A program made the translations under genes and the position numbers. A stretch of 63,203 bases of DNA, counting the filler, from Phoronis australis (Eukaryota > Animalia > Phoronida): assembly GCA_002633005.1 (NCBI GenBank). It is 12 parts of 12 records of this genome, joined end to end, with 100 filler letters (N's around TTAATTAATTAA, not from the genome) between each part and the next. Parts side by side here need not be neighbours in the genome. Positions count along the whole stretch, not along the records: positions 16,206 to 32,377 come from NMRA01000271.1; positions 32,478 to 37,119 come from NMRA01002529.1; positions 37,220 to 39,532 come from NMRA01003743.1; 9 more parts are not named here. One strand, written 5' to 3'. The notes below the pieces were generated by a model that saw only the letters and a program-made list of their open reading frames with translations, had not been told where the DNA came from and ran no database searches. This document shows positions 25,611-38,479 of the stretch, piece by piece. Each line of letters begins with the position of its first letter. The stretch's first letter is position 1.

Positions 25611-26468
25611 CTGAAAGAACGGCAAAATAGACAGATTTGTAGAACTTAGTTAAACACAGTCTGTCAGGAAGGTACAAACTGTTGGCAGCACAGCCAAATT
25701 CAGTTTTATCAAACTCTGCTCTCCCAGTTGCTACCCTTTCGACCCGCCCTCCCTTTCCGGATGGTCACGAATCTCAAACCACTCCCTCCCCCCCGGCTCC
25801 CAAAGTCGCCACTACTATTACCCGTCTCCACTATTCCACCCCAAAACGCTGCAAATTATTAGGGACACGTGCCTCCCGAATACCGCGCTTCCAAACTTGC
25901 TCTGGAACATAGAATAAAAACTGGAGCTTTTGACTTTGACACAGTTGCAGTTGCCCGGTAGTAAGTAGCAAGGGTAGTAACAACACAGTGCGACAACTGA
26001 AGTACAGGCGAAGTAACTCGAATATTTTCTACGGCGTTCCAACATTGCTTGTGGCAAGAAGTACCGGCGCTGTACCTAGAATTTTCTTATGAAGTCTTCT
26101 TTCAAACAGAACATTGTCTACACCTGCTTGTTATTTTTTACTCCAGAGCTCTACTTATAACTCGGGCGCTCGACTTTTTTGTCGGGTAATCGAGTTAGAA
26201 AAAATAAATTCTTATGTCCTTTCCCAACCACCGTAAATTAGAGCAGGTTCAATAATATGTGTTAATGGCAAGAACCTTACGACAGGCTGGGTAGTAATCT
26301 TTGTCGTACATCTCGAGCACACCATGGATTATAGTCTGTGGGCACACTCATTTATTTGCATGGGATAGCACTCCTTGTATAATGAAAACTTTCTTGTACT
26401 GGCTTCAGTCAGTAAACCTATGTAACGACAAATCTGTTGTAAAAAAGGATACGGCATTGCATACATAC

Positions 26469-26535
26469 CAGGCTTTGACTTCACCGGGAAGCAATTTCCA
26501 TGTTTACACTCGTAACCCGCCATGCACCGAACAAC
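26469..26535 (-). CDS. WAP gene internal exon (VVRCMAGYECKHGNCFPVKSKP)
   Basis: tttcag / G|gtatgt; phase 0 to 1, joins the WAP exon in frame to give KPGSCP. Confidence 0.88.
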
Positions 26536-27203
26536 CTGAAACGAAGAGGGAAACACATTTGCAACACTGGTGGATCTAGGATGTCGTAAACTACGGGAGG
26601 GGCAACCACAATTTTATGTTCCAAGATAAAATGTGGGGCTTTGTGTGTAGGGGGGTTAGCTCACTTAATCCGGCGTTCATGTACTCAGAATTGAAAACCG
26701 TGATGTTCCCTAGAGAACGTGCTTTACTTTCAATTAAAAAATAACGAATCTCGTAGAGACATTGTGACACCTTGAGGCAGTCAATTCACAAGATTTTTAA
26801 AGGTAGAGAAGACACCACACTTGCACTTAACCCAGTTTAGCACCATCGACTTATCCACAGATTGCCGTAAAAACCCACAATTCGGGAAAATCACACACGT
26901 TTTCTGTTTTTATCAGAGTCTACGCCAAGGTTTCCTGTGAAAATACAGCAGATATCCTTACGACTATTCTGTTCTGACAAGTGTGGAATGGGCAACTTGA
27001 TATTCGCAGATCGGTCATGCTAGTCGAGAGAAGGGGTCTCATTTTTAGTTCAGAGAATAGAATTCTTCACCCGTAACAGAGCGTTCGATTGTGGACATTT
27101 TGAAAGGGTTCGGCGAGACCGGGGAATTTTTGGTTTTATTCAGGAGTCCTTCTCAAGCATCCGAATCTTATTTGTACTACATGGTAACAAAATCAAAGTT
27201 TAC

Positions 27204-27284
27204 CGCACAGTCTCTCAAGCTTCTCTTTTCCTTTGGAGCACACCTGCCATGAGAGCACTGGTGTCCTGGGGGGCAGCCACTCTT
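27204..27284 (-). CDS. WAP gene internal exon (KSGCPPGHQCSHGRCAPKEKRSLRDCA)
   Basis: ttttcactgcag / GCG|gtaaac; 81 bp, phase 0-0; same cysteine spacing as the next exon. Confidence 0.85.
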
Positions 27285-28419
27285 CTGCAGTGAAAAGAAA
27301 TTCACCAGTCTAAAGTTGAAAACAAAAGCATGTCCCAGTTATATCGAGCGCTGTTCACAGGCAATACAACTATTATTTACGGGACCTTCCGTTTCACACC
27401 GGGATTATGCAAGTCCACCACCTTGTTTCAAGTTGAGCATGCGCTGGCGTGTGCACTCGCTTGGTGTAGAACATGGTAAACAAGACGAATTTTAGGCAAC
27501 GACGTAGCACCTCAGCTGGCTATACAGGGGCTAACAACACTCCGCGTCACGTATGTTTACGGGAATTAAGATGACTTTGGAGAAGAGATACTGCTTAACT
27601 CCATGTTTTTTGGTCGATTGGCAGATTACTGATGAAGTTAGCTGTTATCTCCCTGTATCTCAACTTTTCTGACAACCGATGCTGGGGCGATTGATCGGAA
27701 TAATGGTTTGCTATTTTAACGGTAAGAGAAGGCCGCGCTCTAATTGAAATAATTAAAACACTTGCTTTTGCTTAGGGCAAATTAACAATATAAATACTGG
27801 TCCTCTGGTGGGACTTAGTGAAAACTACGTAGCCGACCTTACGAATTACCGGATTTTTCCGGCATGAACATTGACCTCTCTCACTGCAATCCAAAAATGA
27901 GCATAGGGAGTTTTTTGGAAGATGATATCAATATGATGGCAATCCTGTAAATGTTCGGTTCGGCATAATTGCAATCTTTGGATAATCATCTCGACATCGT
28001 GGTTAATGCTGTTTTTACAGCGCCCTCTAATGTTCAACATAGGCGACAACATAAACTTCGTTTTTACAGAAAATGTACAAGTAAAACCTGTGGGTACTTT
28101 AAAAAATAGATTGAAAATACTTTATTTAATAGCACTACGGAAAAGAAAATTGCCAGGGGAAATTTTTCACGAAATGCTCTTTACTGTTCAGGGCCAACTG
28201 ACTAATATGATTGTCCACGTCGAATTGCACATACCTGGCGCATGCGCATTGGTGCGGAAAAGAATTAGGTAAACAATTCGACTGTTAGGTCTAAGGCCAC
28301 GGTAGAAACCGGTGTAGCTACCCCAAAAATGAATCAAATGGGGTGGGCCTGAGCACAATGGTCTCTTTACTTGCACCGGGGCAGTCGTGAATTTGTGATT
28401 TTAGGTCACAGTAGTTGGC

Positions 28420-28603
28420 ATTTGCGAAATGTCAACCAGCGGAGTCAAGTAGAACTAAGTATTTGTGCTTGTGTGTAATTGATACCTGGGTCAGCTAGAT
28501 GAAATTTGCAAAATGTCAACCAGCGGAGTCAGGTAGAACTAAGTATTTGTGTTTGTATGATGATACCTGGATCAGCTAGATGACATTTGCGAAATGTCAA
28601 CCA
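28420..28603. repeat. ~84-bp tandem repeat, about 2.2 copies
   Basis: atttgc.aaatgtcaacca at ~28420, 28504 and 28585. Confidence 0.85.
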
Positions 28604-29849
28604 CATGTAACATATGGCCAAAATCGCACTTTTTGGTTATTTCCTCGATTTTTTCACGGTGGATGTAGCTAGGTATAAAGACGTGGCTTTCTTGATTTTC
28701 TTCATTTTTGGGGAACCCCATGGAGTGTACTTTCTGTCAGTTATGCCTTTTTTCAGGTGTACGACACAGATGTGAAAACAAGGTATTTGATTGACCCAGG
28801 CCAGTGATAAGGCCAAAATCAGCCACTGGTACTGTGGTCTCAGTCTTTACCTTGAGCTCCATGGAGCACACGACAATAAAATACACATTTCTCTTAAAAG
28901 AGAAATGTGCATATCTATGGGTGTATAATACATTGCTCTTCGCGTGACAAAAATAGACCAATCATAAATGGAGTTCACCTACAGCCGGGTGCCTCAACCA
29001 AAGAGAAGAGTTCACTGAGTTCGAGTTATTTGTTAACGGCTTTTCGATGTGGATAATAAAAAGCATTTTAATCGTAATTACATAAATTATAGATTGCCTC
29101 AACGCCACGGCCAGTAGATTCTGGTTCGGAACAGGTCTTTTCACATGGCATCCTCACAAATCACCTATGATGAACAGTAAACAAATTAATACAATGGGGT
29201 TAATTTTATCGTCATTTACGAGGAGTTATACCTCTTTGGATGTGTTTTTGGTCATTTTACATATCTTCCTTCCTCTATAAAACAATGTGAACCTTTAGTT
29301 CACTACTAGTCGGGCAACCTGCACAATACGGGTATCCGATTCGCTGAATAGCCGACATATTAGTTTTGTTTCCGGTTTCTTGCAGCCACATCACGGTTAT
29401 ATACTGGGGTTGGGGAAAGAAGTCGGTGGGCGTCTCGGACATCATGCAGTTATTCGAAACGAAAGCCAGAAAAAATGCGTACCCGGATCGTTGGAATGGT
29501 TCGCCATTGGTCATTGGGTCTCCATCTTTAATTAAATAACTACTAATTTTGCCATTTTCGTTTTTACAGAAATCGACGAAGAATGCTCAAAAGACCTTTA
29601 TAGCTAGTAAAGTGGCAAAAATTGCCTTGAAAATCGTAAAGTTTCCGTTAAATGGAAATGTCAATATTTTGAGACATTTATAATAAACAGTGAATAGAAT
29701 CAGGCAATGGAAATAGAACAAGCTTCAGAATAACAAGGGTATTCTAACAAGTCTTGAAAAAGTGTCAGTGACGAAATAGACCAAACAAAATTAAAAAGTT
29801 TGTTCCGCAATGAAGTAGTTAGCAGCGCGAAGCCGTCCAAGACACTTAC

Positions 29850-29883
29850 CTCGCAATCACTTGGAATTGGTCCCCAAGGCCAA
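29850..29883 (-). CDS. WAP gene 34-bp micro-exon (ends PIPSDCE)
   Basis: gttcacag / GAG|gtaagt; SDCE|KSGC parallels RDCA|VVRC with the intron in the same position. Confidence 0.7.
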
Positions 29884-30221
29884 CTGTGAACGACAGACAT
29901 CAGTGTCAGAAATACCGCGGCCTGAAATGCGTGAAATATACGGATTAAATACCAATCTCAGAAATTTGTTGGTCCAACGCTCGAAGTTAGGGCCTTTTCG
30001 AACTTTTAACCGATGATAGAATTTTTAAAAACTGTACAAATTGTTACAAAAACAGCTTTAAAAGAACCCAGAAAAACGCACGCGTGCGCGTTTACATTGA
30101 ATCGGTCCGTCTCCGTACTACAAAAACATCTAAAGCTTTCAGATGACTGATTTTTTAAGACTGTCACCACAGGACACGGCAAACGCTTAAGAAACTGGAA
30201 GACGTCGAGCATAAAACTTAC

Positions 30222-30244
30222 TGACGCGATAAACGCAAGGAAAT
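30222..30244 (-). CDS. WAP gene 23-bp micro-exon
   Basis: ttttacatgcag / TCA|gtaagt; phase-compatible with both neighbours. Confidence 0.55.
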
Positions 30245-30469
30245 CTGCATGTAAAAATTACGTTGGCATGGTTTTGAGGATCAATGTTCTGAAACCGCAT
30301 ATAATTCATGCAGTTCAATCTGTTACTGAGGTTTTAATATTTTACAAATTCTCGCTCAATATACAAATTTCCATTCCTAGGAGCAACGTCAACGCGAATC
30401 ATCAAAAAAATCAAGTACCTGAAATACACATCGATTGTAAGAACATGTTTACACCTATCAGTATCTTAC

Positions 30470-30496
30470 CCATAAAAAGCAGATTCTCCGATCCAT
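30470..30496 (-). CDS. WAP gene probable first coding exon (MDRRICFLW)
   Basis: gacATGG start context, TGG|gtaaga donor; TATA-like CATAAAAG about 75 nt upstream. Confidence 0.55.
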
Positions 30497-32869
30497 GTCA
30501 GTACGTTTCGTGATTCCTTCCACAGCTTTAAAGGGGAAAATAAAGACACTTTCGAACAGATTGTGACTTTTATGCGTGACGTCGAAGGGAGTGTTACTGG
30601 TGCCAGGTAGAGTGCGGGCTTTGCCCTTTGATTGACCCCTTGCCAGTGACCAAAACTTGTTTTCGCTTTACACGACAGTGGTCAACACTAGCTAAACAAA
30701 ACTGAACTTCCATTCAATATGAATGAAGCTCTAATTAAGGTGCAATAACAACACGAATGACAATACTGTGCACGGAATGACAATGCGACTTCTGTTATTT
30801 ATTAAATGTCATTCAACAAATCCCGGTGACGTTTCTAAGGTGCGGGCTCAATTGTTACTGCATAAATTTTGACATCGTTCATCGTCAGGTGCTTGAGGGG
30901 CAGGATGGGTTTTATGAGTAACAGCTAAAAATAGGTTATTGCCAAATACCATAAGAGTAAATGGATCAAAATAGAACAGTACCCAACTGTATAGGTACTT
31001 GAAATAAACGCGTGTTTACAGGATTTGTTAGGGGTCAGAATCTATTCTCAATGAGATGACATCGTCCAGAGGATCACTGTGGGAGCAAATCGTCAGCTTC
31101 ATGAATGAGCGCTATTCATGGGGGGTGGGGGCGTTGAAAGGAAAGCTTCGACGTAAAGTTAAGCTCGTAATTACGAATCATTAAGTCGTTAATTACGACG
31201 ACCTAAAATTGCGCCCGTAAATTATTTCTTGACGACGTAAAATCACGCTCGTAATTTGATTCCTAATTCTTAGCCAATGACGTACAGTTTCACAACTTGC
31301 ACGTGCACGCTCATATCTGAATCGTAAGCATCTGAATCACGGCGGATGAAACCATTGCGCTAATGTCAGCGATTGTGGGTGAAAGAATTAAAATCCTACA
31401 TTTTCCTCATTTAATGTACGAGCGAAATTTTGCGGAGAAACTCGCCCCCCAACAGCCCATCATTCTGTTCTGACAAGGTAAACGGCAACGTTTCCCATGG
31501 CGGTTACAGTACCACCCCAACAATTTCGCACAAGAATACAAACTGCGAAAATAATCTGATTTTTTTCAAAAGGCTGGTGTAAGTACTACGATTAATGTAA
31601 AATATCATCTGTTCGACACAAGCTGCAGGCCTACTAAAAACCACTCGAAGTGAAATTTCCGCTCTTTTCAAAATCATCCACATGTCATATGCAAATGATT
31701 TATTACTTGGCTTATCAAAACTCGGTGTGGAATGCTTTTTTTCTATCGTTTAATTTAATTTTCCGACTGGGTCGTCATTCACACTGTGCGTTCAAATAGA
31801 TGAATAATTTCTTTTACGCGCACGGTAACACTTGCATACCATCGTCATGTTTCGTTCGCACTGGGCGAGCACTCGAAAATACATTCGAGATTTTGAGCAA
31901 AACCTCGAGATTTCGAGTTCAGACTCAAACGATTTCGAGTAAAAAGATTAGATTTCGGCACTTGATTTTTGAAAGTTGCAGGAATGCGAGCAAATTTTCT
32001 TAATAGTCGGTGGGCCAGATCTCGTAGCGTTCATCCTTGTGAGTACTTTGGGGGGGCAACCTAGTTTTTTCTATGTGGCTAGATAATATACCTATAAATC
32101 AAATTCCAAAAAGTTCCCACGTCTACACTTGCACATTTTTTTAAAAAAAGGTGTTTTTGTTGCACAAAATATAATGCACATTCCTGCCACTTGATGGCGC
32201 TTTTGTACTGAATTGACCAATCAGAGAGCCAGATTGTATTGTTGTGCTTAGTTACTTCAATATGGCTGCTCCCATGGAGTGTGATGCCTGTATAATTCAA
32301 GGTTTATCACACAGCACAAAATTGTGATGTCAGAGCCTAAAGAAGCTTAGGAAAGCTTCCTGACGAAATCTGATTGANNNNNNNNNNNNNNNNNNNNNNN
32401 NNNNNNNNNNNNNNNNNNNNNTTAATTAATTAANNNNNNNNNNNNNNNNNNNNNNNNNNNNNNNNNNNNNNNNNNNNATTACCAATTATACTTATTTACC
32501 TGTATTCATTTTATTGTAATTGTACTAGTCATAATAAATGACCTTATATCGCCTACATCAGTCTCCTTTCATCTCTGGTAACGAGCTTGCGACGCACTTA
32601 TCATTTATCTATTATCCGGGACATATGTCGATCATAAATTATAATATTCTACTTATTTAATGATTGGTTAATAAAAAACCCATGATCATATCAAATCATA
32701 TCATTGGCTGTTACAGTTTGTTCTCAGAATTTTCTAGAACCTCTAGAGTACTTTGACCCCAGAACCCAAAGTTGTAAACACCATTTAAAAATACATTTTG
32801 AAGTTTAAGTACATGTCGACAAGTCTGACCCCATGATTTAAAAGTACATATGCAGACATTTTGGGCTAC

Positions 32870-34225
32870 TTAAAATGGATTCTTACTAATTACTTTATCA
32901 ATAACCTCAGTTTTTCCCCACGTTCGGAGATTGACAGGAGTTGAGAGAGTGCCATATACCGAACCAATAAGAAAACCCAATCTGAACTGTTCTGAAGACT
33001 GAAGATCTTTACCAGTTATCCTTCTGCTGTATACTCCTTCCCACATGGTGTCCATGCATCCTGTTTACGCAATCCAACTGCTTGACAGCATATCTTCTCT
33101 AATTCTTCTGCGATCTAACTTCGTCCAGAACCATTTTGCGCCTCTCTGCCTTTTGACGCCTTCCACCTCTTCCCTGGAACCATTCCCAATCCCTGTCTTT
33201 CATGGCAGACAGTGCCCACGATGTCTTTATGCTCTAACCTGCTCTACGCCTCATTCACTGCTATAGCAGCCTTCCATTTTCTTCCAGAGTCTACTGATAA
33301 TTCACTCTCTCTGATCATCTCATTTCTTGATTTCTGCAGAGTCAATAATGTTCTGCACTTTACTACCTTGAACTCCACAATCGATGTCACTGGTTGAGAA
33401 GCCGCGCCTCCTTTGATGTATAATCCGAGTCTTGCAAAGCTTGGTGGGACACCCAACCACTTTCTTAACCATCTGCTCACCATCCTTTCCATTTTCTCTG
33501 CAGTTGATATTGAGAAATCATACACAGCCAGTGGCCACATAACCTTGGGGAATTGTAAAAATTGGTAACACTAGACCTTAAATCTGCNGCGGGAGACCGC
33601 TGTTCTCAGTCTTGATCAAGTTGTCATTCACGTCTTTGATAGTTGCCTTGACATGCTCCACATCTTCAAAGACCCGCTGTATGACTTCTCTTTAAGTATT
33701 TAACTGGTTTATTGCTCACGGATGGAATGGCCTCTGATCCTATCTTGAACATATGGTGTGGGTTGACTTTCCCCTTCATTATCACAAGGCTTCAAGACTT
33801 CTCCACCTTGAAACTCATGGGTGCCCAATTTGCTAGCTCGCCCACTCTTTTTACCAACCAAGTGGCACCTACAGCAAACCCTGTTATAATCGTCAAATCA
33901 TCCACAAATGCTCTGCAAGATGGCGTCCTACCCTGCAGCAAAGGTCCTCTACGCTACTTACTAGCCTGCTTGATGATAATATTCATAGCCATGATGAAAA
34001 GGATGATTGATGATAATATTCATAGCCATGATGAAAAGGATGATTGATGATAATATTCATAGCCATGATGAAAAGGATGATTGATGATAATATTCATAGC
34101 CATGATGAAAAGGATGATTGATGATAATATTCATAGCCATGATGAAAAGAATGATTGATATGGTGCATCCTGTCATTATTCCTTTCTCTTACGGCTGCCA
34201 ACCAGTAGTGAAGTCATTATTACTA
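32870..34225 (-). mobile_element. Decayed HERO-type (restriction-like endonuclease group) non-LTR retrotransposon: RT and post-RT region
   Basis: GIMTGCTISIILFIMAMNII, AFVDDLTI, WPLAVY..S.AE.MER.VSRWLRKWLGVPPSF, SGRKWKA..AV.EA, FLIGSVYGTLSTPVNLRTWGK. Confidence 0.85.
33971..34160. repeat. 37-bp minisatellite, ~5 copies, inside the RT coding sequence
   Basis: tgatgataatattcatagccatgatgaaaaggatgat at 33971, 34008, 34045, 34082, 34119. Confidence 0.95.
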
Positions 34226-34449
34226 TAAAAACAAACGGGGTTTGTTTAAGGCCTATGCATTGTGCATTCACCCCCGTGCCCCCCTGGGTGCTGCATATGC
34301 TAGTCCGCAATTCGCACCCCGAACTGCCAAATAGAATCCGGGAGAATTTTAGGGGGGGTATGCCCCACCCCCTAAATCCATCACTGAGAACCCATAAGTT
34401 AAGAAAATTACTTGACCACTAATCTTGTAGTTGAGTGTGTGTCTGGTCT

Positions 34450-34690
34450 GCTTCTGTCTAGGTGTTACTGTAGATGATCAACTCAGTTTCCATTGTCATG
34501 TTGACAACATATATAACAAGTCAACCAAGTATATGTCAGTCACTTTTAGACTTTGCCATTTATTAGACCAGAACACTAATTTGAAGCTATATTTTGCCTT
34601 TTTTAGGTCCTTTTTAACTATTGTCCCTTAGTTTGTCACATGTGTGGTATACAGAGGAGTAGAAAAATAGATAAAACCAATCTTTAAGGT
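34450..34690 (+). mobile_element. CR1/L2-type LINE ORF2 fragment
   Basis: LGVTVDDQLSFHCHVDNIYNK...FRLCHLL...LKLYFAFFRS matches the post-RT LGV.ID..L.W..H motif. Confidence 0.75.
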
Positions 34691-34700
34691 TTGTCTTTAA

Positions 34701-36380
34701 AGGAGATTGCCACCCGATTTAATTAGTCTTTTTATCGTCTTAATTTTTCTATGTCCACATCACCTCTTATACTGTCGACCTCACCTTGCCGAGAGGTGTC
34801 GCGTTAACCTGTGAGGAAGGTGAGAAACGACGCGTCGACATCAGTGGTTCGTCTGCAGAGTGAATGCCGCTATATTGCGGTGCATTGTTCCTGCTTGTCC
34901 GAACTATGAAGCTACGAAGAAAGCGGGTATATCGTTTTTCCGACTTCCTCAAGAGCCCGAAATGCTTAGGAAGTGGCTCGCGGTAGTGAAGAATGAAAGG
35001 TACGCTGTTAATAGCAAGCATGAGGCCATGAAACATCTCCGTGTCTGTGGCCGGCATTTCATCGACAGTGATTTCTCTGATGAATTCCGGCTTACCAAAG
35101 AACTATCCATACATACCGTTGCCTGTGCATGTTCACAGTGCCTCTCCAGTATTTCTTGATCAGTGTATTCCGGTTCGAATTAATAGCCTGTGAAACCTAA
35201 CGATCCGACCGATGAAGTCTTCGTCGAATGAGCTCTTGACTAAGTCGGGAATGGCGCCGGGCGAGTTGCCATGTAGATGTATATCATTCTGCGTTGTTTC
35301 AAAATGAATTATTCTCATCCTATCCAATGCTTATAGATACAATTTGTAATGCCTTGGAGTGTTCGTGAGTGGAAATGTTGAGAAGCCGGCAATGAATAAA
35401 CTATTGCATTACCAGCTTTTGATGCCAGCAATAAAGGTAATTGACCAGGCACCGAGTTCGTGTGAGCGCATCCTAATTCAGTGTTTGCTGGCAGAAAGCT
35501 GTTGTGAAACAATTACTCAAGTTCATATGCTATGGTCACATGTTAGGGGAATCTTTATTTAGAAAAACATTATTCAAATCATTGTTACTGTATAGCCTTT
35601 GCCCTGACTGTCTGTGGAAGGAGAACCCAACTTCGCGGCTCCCGACAAGTAGTAGATTTTCAGTTTCGTGGCTAGTTCACATCAATAATTACGGGCACAC
35701 TTTTTCTTTGGCTCACTATTATAATCTTTTTGTCACTGGAGGTTTAGTTTCCAACTCAAGCTGGTTTATGCTCGTATCAGTCCCGGAGGCCGCGACGGGG
35801 CTGATTGGGGTCCGAGCCACTGGCCGGGATAACGTGTCAGTCCGGCCGCGACGGGCCTGATCGGGTTCCAAGCCACTGGCTGGAATAACGAGCGTTTTGT
35901 GTGTTTAGAACTCAAAAAATCACAAGTCTAAACAACACAGATCTAGGTTCTCCTGTCTGTATATCACGGAAGAATTCGAATTTATCTCCGAACAGACCCC
36001 CAACTCCTGCTACGTACCTTGATAAATTGGCATGACAAACTTTGTAGACTACGGTGTGTCCAAATACCAATAAATCCCTAACAGCGAAATAAAACAACAT
36101 GTTTATTATAAGAACTCGGTGTATTTTTAAGGGTTCTACATCAAAGTTTGATGATTTATTGGTGTTAAACCACGAATTCGAGTGATAAGCTGATACCAGT
36201 CACCCGTGTTGTGAACTGCTGAACAGACTACGTGTGAAACCAATGACGTCATTGGATAATTTTAACACCTTCGTCTGCTGTCAGGTGTCAGGTAACGCAA
36301 CCAAATGTGCCGTTATCGAGTTGAACTACTTGATCTAAATGGATACAGAATACAGGTTGTTTTTTGGGTGGCATGCACCT
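34701..36380 (+). mobile_element. Kolobok-like non-autonomous DNA transposon retaining a THAP domain (~34875-35090)
   Basis: TTAA on both flanks; TIRs aggagattgccaccc / reverse complement aggtgcatgccaccc (12/15); RCIVPAC...ISFFRLP...KWL...RVCGRHF is a complete C2CH THAP. Confidence 0.8.
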
Positions 36381-38479
36381 TTAATGATTGTAGCTCCTTG
36401 TATTCAGCCATTAACTGCAAACTCAGTCATGCTGTTCACTTCCAGAATGAAATTATTAGGGATTAGTTATTTGGAAGCTGCCCTATAATGTCGGGGGAAC
36501 CTATTGACGGTTACAAGGCCCAATACGACAACTTATGGGATAAACTTGATTAAACAACAGGAAGTTTTACTATAGAACTTGTTGGTGACCAATGTTATAG
36601 GTAGGTATAATAGGTGTTCTACTGATGTAGTCACTTTCAGCAATAGACTGTCAAGTTTTTTGAAACAAAAATGTATCTGTCACAGTTGTACTTTATGTAT
36701 AGTTACCGGTACGTCTTTTGATAGGTGAAGTAAGATATCACTGTTATTGTACATGTTTCATTGTATGTATCTCATCTACTGCATCTTTGTATATATATAC
36801 GCATCATATATTAACTGGTTAACATGTAGTGAGACTTCACAAAAACATTTAATTTTTGTTTTGTTTACTCTTAATTTTACCCAGATCGATCCATACTTGT
36901 ATATTAATGTTTAGTTATACCGCTTTGTACCAAGGTTAGACCAAAGTTGGTGACCATAGAGTAATACGTAACAAAAAAGTCTTGTGACCATAACTATGGT
37001 TTTGGTTGGTGACTGGCCTTGGTGAAACACTATGCAGTTAGTTCAGTGTTATGTAGAACACTTTAGCTGGCTGATTACAAATTACATAAGTTTTAACTGG
37101 ACACAAGTATTCTTTAATCNNNNNNNNNNNNNNNNNNNNNNNNNNNNNNNNNNNNNNNNNNNNTTAATTAATTAANNNNNNNNNNNNNNNNNNNNNNNNN
37201 NNNNNNNNNNNNNNNNNNNTCGCCGTGGAGTACGACTAAACGGAGAATGATCTGAGTATCGGAGTCGCCGCGGAGTACGACTAAACGGACAATGGAGAGT
37301 CTTCATCAGGGGAGAACGAAGAAGTATTGAAGGGGCATTATCTGTTTTAAGGCCGTAAAGCGCATTTTTGGAACTATTGTTCGATGGGACATCCATGTAA
37401 TTTTTGAAGTTTTTTAAATCGATCAAGAGCATAAGATAATAAAATCTTTTGTTTTTTTCGTTTTATTTAAGTCGCCGGGTTGGACTGCAACCGCGCGGGT
37501 TGATTCCTCGCTGAGCGATGATCTCAGAAAATCAGATTTTTAGCCCATAGTTTCACATTAAGGACTATGGCCGATATGCCAAAGTTGACTGAAAAAATAA
37601 GTGCAATTTGTCAGCTTTTTTGTCATGCAAGGGTGGCGGGGAAATGAAATTTGTTGATAATTTTGATGCACCATCAAACGACATATTTATAGTAGGCATT
37701 GCAAAGAGGATATATTCGGCAAGCTCAGTTTTAATGGTGAAGAATGTTCTAGTTTGTGAAAATATAGTGAAACACTGTGCAGTGATAGTACTGGTGTCAG
37801 CCGAAAAAGAAATCTATTTTCACAAAAATTCACTATTTCATATTCTTGTAGTATAGATGCACTTGTCGCATATCTTTCTCGTTAGAAATTTTAAAAAGGT
37901 TGGTTTTGGGAGAAAGTTTACTCTATAAAATAAATATATAAAGAATAATTGCTGTGTATGCAGAAAGACATGTGAGATATTAAGTAATATCTCATTTCAA
38001 TAGATTAGTTGTTTTCATATGAAAGTCACCAATTTCTGGGGAGGTACGACGCTGGTAGTGGGAACCAATGTCCCAGCCAACGGCACTGGCATAAGTACAT
38101 GTAACAGCGCAGTGTCGTAAATGCAAGATTCTCGCTAAGGAAGCTATCCTATCGCGAAGTCATAAGTGTTCTTGAGTTCTCGCGAGATTCTCGCCTCTAC
38201 GGAATGCATGTCAGCTTAAAAGGCCGAGTGATGTGTGGTACATGGTCGAGATTTATTCATGCACATCTGCGACAAATTTGTTCCACAATGCATGGACACA
38301 TTGTTTCTCTGCCTTCTTTCCTTGGCACAACAGACCGGGATCCCAGAGCTTTTTTGGGCATGAAAAGGTAACCAATTTTCTTTGGTGCCACAGTGCTCTA
38401 TGGGTATCCTGATGCTTGGAAATGGCCGTCTGGCAGGTTCGGTCTGGTGGGTGTGGTCAGGGGAGCCAAGAGAATTACA

